From an uncultured Anaerolineales bacterium (GTDB taxonomy: Bacteria > Chloroflexota > Anaerolineae > Anaerolineales > UBA6663), in the NCBI GenBank assembly GCA_964497615.1, contig CAZCEC010000023.1:3474-67473 (forward strand): a DNA stretch of 64,000 nucleotides, in the 5' to 3' direction. The position numbers were made by a program, and so were the translations under genes. A model generated the notes under the pieces. The model was given only the letters and a program-made list of their open reading frames with translations. It had not been told where the DNA came from and did no database searches. Positions 57,420 to 64,000 of the stretch are shown piece after piece; the stretch's first letter is position 1, and every line of letters starts with the position of its first letter.

Positions 57420-59894
57420 ATGGATGTAGATATCGAGCTCTATCGCCGCGAGGTGCGGATCTCAGCTCAACCGCTGGTGCGGCTCAGCGCGATTGACATT
57501 GCCCCCGACCGCCCTCAGCGTACCATGGTCTTCATCCACGGTTTCGGCGGGAACGCGCGCCAGTGGCAGTATCAGCTCCGGCACTTCTCCGATGATTCGC
57601 GCGTCATCGCGCTCGACCTGCGCGGCCACGGGCAGTCGGACAAGCCGCAGACCAGCTACGACATGGCCTCCATCTGCGCCGACATCGCCGCCGCCCTGGA
57701 TGAGTTGGGAGTGAAAGAACCGATCGTGCTGGCGGGGCACTCCTTTGGGGGCGCGGTGGTCACCGAGTTCGCCACCCGCTATGCCGAGCGCGTGGGGCGG
57801 CTGGTGCTGGTGGCCAGCGCGGGCGAGTACCGCATCGAGCCAAGGCTCCGGTTCGCCCTGCGCCTGCCGCAGATGGTGCTCGACGTGGCGATGGGCCTGT
57901 ATTTCAAGAAGTTCATCTCAGCCTCGCCGTATGCGCTGCGGACCATGTACCGCAACACCATGCGCAACTGGAACGGCTGGAGCCTGCTGCGCGGGCTGAC
58001 CATGCCGACCCTGGTCATCCGTGGGAACCGCGACCGGGTGCTGGATGCGGCCGCCTTCGACATTGCCCGCGCCATTCCGGATGTGGAGGAAGTGGACGTC
58101 GGGGTCAGCGCCCACATGGTGATGCTGGAACGGCGCGAAGCGGTGAACCGCGCTATCGAGCGCTTCGTGGAGGGCGGGCGCGGCCGGCGCGGCCTGGGCG
58201 AGGTGGATGAGCAGCGCCAACTGCGCAAGGAGCGCATCTGGCTGGACCACTACGACAACGGCGTGCCCTACACCATCGGCGTGCCGCCAGCCACCATGCA
58301 TCGCATCCTGCGCTCGGCGGCGCGGCGCTACCCGCTGCACCCGGCCATCCTGTTCGAGGGCGGCCGGCTCACCTACCGCCGTCTGAACCGCGAGTCGTCC
58401 CGCTTTGCCAACCTGCTGCGCGGCCTGGGCCTGAACCCCGGCGACCGGGTGCTGGTCCTGCTCCCCAACCTGCCCCAGACCGTCATCGTCTATTTCGGCA
58501 TCCTGAAGGCGGCCGGCGTGATCGTGTTCACCACGCCGCTCTCGGAGCCGGTGGAGTTGGCGCGCCAGGTGCGCGACTCCGGGGCGCGGGTGCTGGTGAC
58601 CTTCACCCGGCATGCCGCGATGGCGCAGGAAGTGATGGCACAGACCCAGCTTGAGCACGTCATCCTCACCAACGTCAAGGATTACCTCCCCGAGCCCAAG
58701 CGCACCCTGTTCTCCCTCACGCGCGAGGCCCGCGAAGGGCACCAACTGAAGCAGCCCCTGCCGGCGGGTGTGCACCTGATGTCGGCGGAGTTGTACAAGT
58801 ACAGCCCGCACGCCCCCGAGATCGAGGTGGCGCAGGACGAGGTGGCCCTCATCCAGTACACCTCCGGCACCACCGCCCAGCCCAAGGGCGTGATGCTGTC
58901 GCACCGCAACCTGGTGGCCAACATCCTGCAAACCCGCCACTGGATCCCCGGCTTGAAGGAGGGCAAGGAAGTCTTTCTCTCGGTGGTGCCGTTCTCGCAC
59001 GTCTATGGCATGACGCTGGCGCTGAATGTGCCCGTGGCGCTGGCGGCGGCCTGCATCATCCTGCCGACCTTCGTCACCGAGGACGTGCTCAAGGCCATCA
59101 AGCGCTACCGTCCGACAATCTTCCCCGGCGTGCCAACCATGTATATGGCGATCAACAATTTCCCAGGGGTGCGGCGCTACGGCATTGACAGCATCAAGGC
59201 CTGCCTGTCGGGCGCGGCGCCCCTGCCGGTGGAGGTGCAGGAGGCTTTCGAGAAGCTGACGCGCGGGCGGCTGGTCGAAGGCTATGGACTGACCGAGGCC
59301 ACCACCGCCACCCACGGCAATCCCCTGGAAGGACTGCGCAAGCTCGGCTCCATCGGCATCCCCCTGCCCTCCACCGAAGCCAAGGTCGTGGACCTGAGCA
59401 ACGGCCGCGACCTGCCGCCAGGGCAACTGGGCGAGCTGGCAGTGCGCGGGCCGCAGGTGATGCTGGGCTATTGGAACACGGGCAGCAAGGCGCGCGAATT
59501 CATCACCAAGGATGGCTGGCTGCTCACCGGCGACGTAGGGCGCATGGACGATGACGGCTACTTCGAGGTGGTCGCCCGCAAGCGCGAGATGATCCTGGCC
59601 GGGGAATATCAGGTCTATCCCCGGGATGTGGAAGAAGTGCTGTACGAGAACCCGAAGGTGAAAGAGGTGGCGGTGGTGGGGGTGCAGCCGCCCAAATGGC
59701 CGTTCCAGCGGGTGAAGGCGTACGTGGTGCTGAGCGAGGGCGTCACCGTGAGCGAGGCCGAGTTGGTGGCGCTGTGCAAGCGGCGGCTGGAGGCCTATGC
59801 CGTGCCGTGGAAGATCGAATTCGTGAAAGAGCTGCCGAAGAACTTCATGGGGAAAGTGCTGCGGCGGATGCTGGTTGAAGAAGGCTCGGATTGA
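57420..59894 (+). CDS. fusion protein of an N-terminal alpha/beta hydrolase and a C-terminal AMP-dependent synthetase/ligase (long-chain fatty-acid--CoA ligase-like)
   Basis: 824 aa. The hydrolase part (aa 1 to about 250) has MVFIHGFGGN, GHSFGG and HMVMLE. The ligase part has the AMP-binding motif IQYTSGTTAQPKGVMLSHRNL, plus GYGLTE and the C-terminal PKNFMGKVLRR. Confidence 0.85.
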   Translation: MDVDIELYRREVRISAQPLVRLSAIDIAPDRPQRTMVFIHGFGGNARQWQYQLRHFSDDSRVIALDLRGHGQSDKPQTSYDMASICADIAAALDELGVKEPIVLAGHSFGGAVVTEFATRYAERVGRLVLVASAGEYRIEPRLRFALRLPQMVLDVAMGLYFKKFISASPYALRTMYRNTMRNWNGWSLLRGLTMPTLVIRGNRDRVLDAAAFDIARAIPDVEEVDVGVSAHMVMLERREAVNRAIERFVEGGRGRRGLGEVDEQRQLRKERIWLDHYDNGVPYTIGVPPATMHRILRSAARRYPLHPAILFEGGRLTYRRLNRESSRFANLLRGLGLNPGDRVLVLLPNLPQTVIVYFGILKAAGVIVFTTPLSEPVELARQVRDSGARVLVTFTRHAAMAQEVMAQTQLEHVILTNVKDYLPEPKRTLFSLTREAREGHQLKQPLPAGVHLMSAELYKYSPHAPEIEVAQDEVALIQYTSGTTAQPKGVMLSHRNLVANILQTRHWIPGLKEGKEVFLSVVPFSHVYGMTLALNVPVALAAACIILPTFVTEDVLKAIKRYRPTIFPGVPTMYMAINNFPGVRRYGIDSIKACLSGAAPLPVEVQEAFEKLTRGRLVEGYGLTEATTATHGNPLEGLRKLGSIGIPLPSTEAKVVDLSNGRDLPPGQLGELAVRGPQVMLGYWNTGSKAREFITKDGWLLTGDVGRMDDDGYFEVVARKREMILAGEYQVYPRDVEEVLYENPKVKEVAVVGVQPPKWPFQRVKAYVVLSEGVTVSEAELVALCKRRLEAYAVPWKIEFVKELPKNFMGKVLRRMLVEEGSD

Positions 59895-59904
59895 GGAAGC
59901 GAAC

Positions 59905-60894
59905 ATGCCGAAAAAAAACACAGCCTACATCGGTATCGACCTCGGCGGGACGAGCCTGCGGGCCGGCGTCGTGGCGCGCGACGGCGCCGTGCTGGGCCTG
60001 GAGAAGCGCAAGACCAAGCCGGAGCTGGGCGCCCAGGGGGTGCTGGACCGGATGGCAGAGGCCGCCAAGCGGGCGATGAAGGCGGCCGGGGTCAAGGCGC
60101 GCCAGGTGGGCGGCCTGGGCGTGGGCGTGCCAGGGCCGATTGACCGCGAGGCCGGCCTGGTGCGCCTGGCCGTGAACCTGGGGCCAAGCTGGACCAATTT
60201 GCGGTTGGCGGAGGCGCTGCAGGACCGGCTGGACCTGCCAGTGGCGCTCGACAATGACGTGCGCGTGGGCGCGCTGGGTGAGCACACCCACGGCGCAGGC
60301 CAGGGCCTGGACGACATGGTGGCGGTGTTCGTGGGCACCGGCATCGGCGGCGGGCTGGTGTTGGGCGGCGAACTGCGGGCCGGCTGGCGGGGCAGCGCCG
60401 GCGAGGTGGGCCACACCGTCATCAACCACTGCAACGAGGTGGTGGGCAAAACGGGCCAGCCCGGCACGGTGGAGCCCCTCGCCAGCCGGACGGGCATGGA
60501 GCGCTACGTGCGCCAGGCGGCAGCGCAGGGCCGCGAGACGATTGTGCCGGGGCTGATGGACACTCTTGGCGGCGGGCGGCTGACCAGCAGCGTGATCGCG
60601 GCGGCGTTGCGCCAGCAAGACGCGGTGATGCAGGAGGCGCTGCGGACGGCCCAGCACACCCTGGGCGTGCTGGCCGCCAACCTGATCAACACCCTCGACC
60701 CGCAGATGATCGTCTTTGGCGGCGGGGTGACTGAACGGCTGGGGGAACGGTTCCTGGCGCCCATCCGGCGCGTGGCGTATGCCAATTTGATTAATAAGCA
60801 CAATGCGCGGGGCGTAAAGATCGTGCCGGCGGCTTTGAAGGACGCCGCGGGCGTGGTGGGGGCAGCGGTGATGGCGCGGCGCACGCTTCACTAA
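59905..60894 (+). CDS. ROK family glucokinase/sugar kinase
   Basis: The start is at the ATG with a GAGGAAG RBS; the ORF track begins at an upstream TTG. The sequence is YIGIDLGGTSLRAGVV...GVGVPGPID...ALDNDVRVGALGE. Confidence 0.85.
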   Translation: MPKKNTAYIGIDLGGTSLRAGVVARDGAVLGLEKRKTKPELGAQGVLDRMAEAAKRAMKAAGVKARQVGGLGVGVPGPIDREAGLVRLAVNLGPSWTNLRLAEALQDRLDLPVALDNDVRVGALGEHTHGAGQGLDDMVAVFVGTGIGGGLVLGGELRAGWRGSAGEVGHTVINHCNEVVGKTGQPGTVEPLASRTGMERYVRQAAAQGRETIVPGLMDTLGGGRLTSSVIAAALRQQDAVMQEALRTAQHTLGVLAANLINTLDPQMIVFGGGVTERLGERFLAPIRRVAYANLINKHNARGVKIVPAALKDAAGVVGAAVMARRTLH

Positions 60895-60909
60895 GCGTGC
60901 CTGATATGA

Positions 60910-60942
60910 TTGTCATTCCAAGGCGCAGTTGCCGAGGGATCC
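60910..60942 (+). repeat. REP/MITE-like dispersed hairpin repeat, copy e (degenerate)
   Basis: The sequence is TTGTCATTCCAAGGCgcagttGCCGAGGGATCC. It lies between the ROK kinase and PFK genes. Confidence 0.55.
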
Positions 60943-60972
60943 AGATTCAGTTGATGGCCTAAGGAGTGCGGC

Positions 60973-62139
60973 ATGGCAAAGCGCAAGATCGGTATTTTGA
61001 CGGGCGGGGGTGATGTGCCCGGGCTGAACGTCGCCATCAAGTCGGTGGTGATGCGGGCCCGCAACCAGGAAATCGAAATCGTGGGGCTGCGGCGCGGCTG
61101 GGGCAGCCTGATGGGGCTGAACCCGGACGACCCCGCCACGCTGGAGCAGTGGACCATGCCCCTCAACGTGGACCGGGTGCGGACCATTGACCGCACGGGC
61201 GGCACGATCCTGCACACCTCGCGCACCAACCCCGGCAACGTGAAGCCGGGCGAGGTGCCGGCGCACGTGCGCGCCGAGGACCAGGGGCCAAACGCCAAGG
61301 GCACGATTGACTGCACCAAGCACAGCCTGCGCGTGCTGGAGTGGCTGGGGCTGGAAGCCATCATCCCCATCGGCGGCGACGACACCCTGAGCTACGGCCA
61401 GCGGCTGCACACCGAGGGCTTCCAGGTCGTCGCCATCCCCAAGACGATGGACAACGACGTCTTTGGCACCGACTACTGCATCGGCTTCTCGACGGCGGTC
61501 ACGCGCTCGGTGGAGGCCATCACCGCCTTCCGCACCAACGTCGGCTCGCACGAGCGCATCGGCGTGGTGGAGCTGTTTGGGCGCAACTCAGGCGAGACGT
61601 CGCTGTTCGTGGCCTACCTGGCCGACGTGGACCGGGCGCTGATCTCGGAAGTGCCGTTCGACCTGGACCGGGTGTGCAAGTTCATCGTCGAGGACCGCGC
61701 CCACAACCCCTCGAACTACGCCATCGTGACGGTGTCGGAAGGCGCGCACCCCAAAGGCGGCGGCGTGATGGAGACCGGCGAGGCCGACGCCTACGGGCAC
61801 AAGAAACTGGGCGGCGTGGGGCAGCTCGTCTCGGAAGAGATCAAGGGCCGCACCGGCATCAACATCATGTACCTGCAGTTGGCCTATATCATGCGGGCCG
61901 GCGCGCCCGACTCGCTCGACCGGATGGTGGCGGTGTCGTTCGGCAACCTGGCGCTCGACCAGGTGGCGATGGGCCACACCGGGCGCATGGTGGCCCTCCA
62001 GCAGGGCATCTACACCACCGTGCCCCTGGACCTGGTGGTGGCCGGCAAAAAGCGCGTGGACGTGACCGCCCTATACGACTCGGCGAACTACCGGCCCAAG
62101 GTGCGCGACATGCTGGGGAAACCGATGTTCCTGTACTAG
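60973..62139 (+). CDS. pfkA: 6-phosphofructokinase (PFK-A family; ATP- or PPi-dependent type cannot be decided from sequence)
   Basis: 388 aa. It has [20 protein letters not shown] and IPKTMDNDV. Confidence 0.9.
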   Translation: MAKRKIGILTGGGDVPGLNVAIKSVVMRARNQEIEIVGLRRGWGSLMGLNPDDPATLEQWTMPLNVDRVRTIDRTGGTILHTSRTNPGNVKPGEVPAHVRAEDQGPNAKGTIDCTKHSLRVLEWLGLEAIIPIGGDDTLSYGQRLHTEGFQVVAIPKTMDNDVFGTDYCIGFSTAVTRSVEAITAFRTNVGSHERIGVVELFGRNSGETSLFVAYLADVDRALISEVPFDLDRVCKFIVEDRAHNPSNYAIVTVSEGAHPKGGGVMETGEADAYGHKKLGGVGQLVSEEIKGRTGINIMYLQLAYIMRAGAPDSLDRMVAVSFGNLALDQVAMGHTGRMVALQQGIYTTVPLDLVVAGKKRVDVTALYDSANYRPKVRDMLGKPMFLY

Positions 62140-62183
62140 GCAGCGCCAACTCGCGCGCGTGCAGGATACGGTAGAGTAAGGGT

Positions 62184-63488
62184 GTGACACGCAGACAACC
62201 CTTCTGGCGCCTCGCGCGCCTCCTGGCCCTGGCCCTGTTGGCCGCGGCGGCGGTGAGCCTGGTGGTGTTTAATCTGGCGGCCCGCTACGCGGAGCTATCC
62301 ACGCTCTGTGCGGCGGCGGAGTGCGCGGGGGGGCAATTGCAGGCCGCGGACGCGGCGCGGCTGCGCGGCCTGGGCCTGTCACTGGAGGCGTATGCCGCCT
62401 TCACCCTCACGCTCTACCTGGCGCTGGCGCTGGTGAGTTGGGCCGTGGCGGGCGTGCTGGCGTGGCGCCGGCCCGCCGAGCCGGTGGCGCTGCTGGCGGC
62501 GGCGGCCCTCACGGCGCAAGGGGCCACGTCGGTGTTCAGCAGCGACAGCCTGGCCGGGGGATGGAACTGGCTGTTCACGCTATTACTGCTGGTGTGGTTC
62601 GTGGCGCTGGTCAACCTGCTGTACGTATTCCCCGACGGGCGGTTCGTGCCGCGCTGGACGCGCTGGGCCTTCGTGCCGTGGGGGGCGTGGCTGGCGCTGG
62701 CGGTGGGGTGGGTGCTGGCGACCCGCGAGCAGCCGCCAGACTGGTACTGGACCGGGCTGATCCTGCTGACGGTGGGCATCTTCGGGCTGGGCGGGCTGGC
62801 GCAAATCTACCGCTACCGGCGCGTCTCCACCGGCGTGCAGCGCCAGCAGACCAAGTGGGTGGTGGCGGGGTTCGCGGTGCTGATCGGGTCCGAGACGGTG
62901 TGGGCGCTGTACAGCGAGGTGGCCCAGCCGGTGCTGGGCTTGCCTGCGCTCACCGGCGCGGGGTATGAGATCCTCAGCACCGTGCTGGACGCGGGGACGC
63001 AGATGCTCGTCCCGGTGACCATCGGCGCGGCGATCCTGCGCTACCGGCTGTGGGACATTGACGTTGTCATCCAGCGCACCCTGGTCTATGGCGTGCTGAC
63101 GGCGCTGCTGACGGCGGCGTACTTTGCCAGCGTGGTGGCGCTCCAGGCGGGCGCGATGGCGCTGACGGGCCGGCGCGGCTCCGCGCTGGTGACGGTCCTG
63201 TCCACCCTGCTGATCGCCGCCCTGTTCATGCCTCTGCGGGCGATGGTGCAGGGCTTCATCGACCGGCGCTTCTTCCGGCGCAAATACGACGCGGCCCGCA
63301 CCCTGGCCGAGTTTGGGGCCAACCTGCGCGACGACGTGGACCTGGCGCACCTGCGCGCCACCCTGCTGACGGCGGTGGGGGAGGTGATGCAGCCCGAGCA
63401 TGCCGGGCTGTGGATCCCGCTAGATGTTCAGCACGATATTGGAGAAGACGTCACCAATCGCTGGCCCCAGCAGCGCCAGCACGAATAG
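62184..63488 (+). CDS. polytopic membrane protein resembling the N-terminal sensor region of a histidine kinase, ending at the beginning of a GAF-like segment. It is probably truncated
   Basis: 434 aa with a GTG start and at least 8 predicted TM helices. The C-terminal 60 aa (FFRRKYDAARTLAEFGANLRDDVDLAHLRATLLTAVGEVMQPEHAGLWIP) resemble the opening helix of a GAF domain, then the ORF stops. Its 3' end overlaps a convergent minus-strand gene by 69 nt. Confidence 0.45.
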   Translation: MTRRQPFWRLARLLALALLAAAAVSLVVFNLAARYAELSTLCAAAECAGGQLQAADAARLRGLGLSLEAYAAFTLTLYLALALVSWAVAGVLAWRRPAEPVALLAAAALTAQGATSVFSSDSLAGGWNWLFTLLLLVWFVALVNLLYVFPDGRFVPRWTRWAFVPWGAWLALAVGWVLATREQPPDWYWTGLILLTVGIFGLGGLAQIYRYRRVSTGVQRQQTKWVVAGFAVLIGSETVWALYSEVAQPVLGLPALTGAGYEILSTVLDAGTQMLVPVTIGAAILRYRLWDIDVVIQRTLVYGVLTALLTAAYFASVVALQAGAMALTGRRGSALVTVLSTLLIAALFMPLRAMVQGFIDRRFFRRKYDAARTLAEFGANLRDDVDLAHLRATLLTAVGEVMQPEHAGLWIPLDVQHDIGEDVTNRWPQQRQHE

Positions 63489-63791
63489 CAGCATCGCCCC
63501 GCAGATGGGCAGCACCACCGCCACAAACAACAGCGCATAGCCCAACACCAGGCCAGTCACGGCCAGCCCCCGCCCCGTGATCGCCCCGCCGGAGCGGGCG
63601 ATTTGGGGCAGCGCCACGTGGCCGCTGACGACGGCCGCAATACCCAGCAACACCGGGATGCAGATGAGGGGAAACAGGAACCACCCGACGGGCAAGGACA
63701 CCCAGCCCAGGATGCCCAGGATCAGGCTGATGAGCGCGGCGGGGCTGGTCTGCGCCGGGGCGGCGGGCGGCTGGCTGGGCAAAGCGGTCAT
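63420..63791 (-). CDS. small membrane protein (DUF4190-like, Pro-rich N-terminus plus 3-4 TM helices)
   Basis: 123 aa with the sequence LISLILGILGWVSLPVGWFLFPLICIPVLLGIAAVV. Confidence 0.5.
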   Translation of the reverse strand: MTALPSQPPAAPAQTSPAALISLILGILGWVSLPVGWFLFPLICIPVLLGIAAVVSGHVALPQIARSGGAITGRGLAVTGLVLGYALLFVAVVLPICGAMLLFVLALLGPAIGDVFSNIVLNI

Positions 63792-63797
63792 GTGTTG

Positions 63798-64000
63798 TTA
63801 CCCCTTTGTATAAGCCAACTTCTCCGCGATCAATCCATTTCGCAAGTGAAACACGTCCACGCCCTGAACACGGCGCGGCTCGCCCGCCGGTCCGCGCCAG
63901 GTGCAGGCATAGCGCAGCACACAGCGGTCGCCGCAGGCCAGAACGTCCTCCGGTTCCAAATGGAGCGCGCCCGCTTGCGCAAAGAGTTGTTCCCAAAAGG
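63798..64000 (-). CDS. SnoaL-like/NTF2-like family protein. Only the C-terminal part is in the window, since the 5' end lies beyond it
   Basis: The C-terminal frame reads ...FWEQLFAQAGALHLEPEDVLACGDRCVLRYACTWRGPAGEPRRVQGVDVFHLRNGLIAEKLAYTKG*. It has the typical NTF2-like beta-sheet signature (V.G.D.F....G.I.E). Confidence 0.4.
   Translation of the reverse strand, partial: FWEQLFAQAGALHLEPEDVLACGDRCVLRYACTWRGPAGEPRRVQGVDVFHLRNGLIAEKLAYTKG

Noticed and set aside
57918-59921. 667-aa minus-strand ORF antisense to the hydrolase-ligase fusion gene
   Set aside because: Its composition is His/Arg/Gln/Gly-rich with no motifs. The plus-strand product has complete adenylation-domain signatures.

Overview
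This is a roughly 68-70% GC chromosomal window, most plausibly from a Chloroflexota-type genome. That guess rests on the PT/TP-rich linkers, CARDB/TIG secreted proteins, a DnaB intein and Firmicute-style DnaD/DnaI replication loaders. No rRNA, tRNA or CRISPR array was found. Gene content is mostly housekeeping. It includes rdgB, yceD, rpoD, a heterodimeric ABC exporter pair translationally coupled to map, pdxST, an EF-G paralogue and an eight-gene translationally coupled redox/queG operon. It also carries a complete tryptophan module, T-box leader - trpS - trpEGDCFBA, plus hemolysin/CNNM, amiC-like amidase, dgkA, an alpha/beta-hydrolase::acyl-CoA synthetase fusion, ROK glucokinase and PFK. Accessory content is a 1,495-aa secreted HExxH metalloprotease with an 8-repeat propeller-like N-terminus. 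There is a minus-strand envelope cluster comprising a Yip1-like protein, a MacB-type ABC ATPase, a secreted TIG/CARDB protein, a GH42-like protein, an FtsX permease and a Zn-ribbon/Pro-rich membrane protein. Also present are two tandem SPFH/band-7 paralogues, a Phd/YefM-VapC toxin-antitoxin pair with a palindromic operator, and a replication operon of BFN nuclease, DnaB carrying a 420-aa LAGLIDADG intein, a DnaD-like protein and a Zn-finger DnaI/DnaC-like loader with two tandem AAA+ modules. Non-coding structure includes a dispersed REP/MITE-like hairpin repeat family (consensus TGTCATTCCGAGGC-hairpin-GCCGAGGAATCT, at least 7 copies). One copy is tandemly duplicated and encodes the C-terminal tail of TrpC. 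Other structure: 45- and 60-bp tandem repeats encoding PT linkers, CGACGAC microsatellites after stop codons, a 58-nt polypurine tract, a long imperfect inverted repeat between trpE and trpG, a frameshifted DUF72 gene and a truncated sensor-like membrane gene. Many long ORFs on the strand opposite real genes are high-GC artefacts and were rejected.
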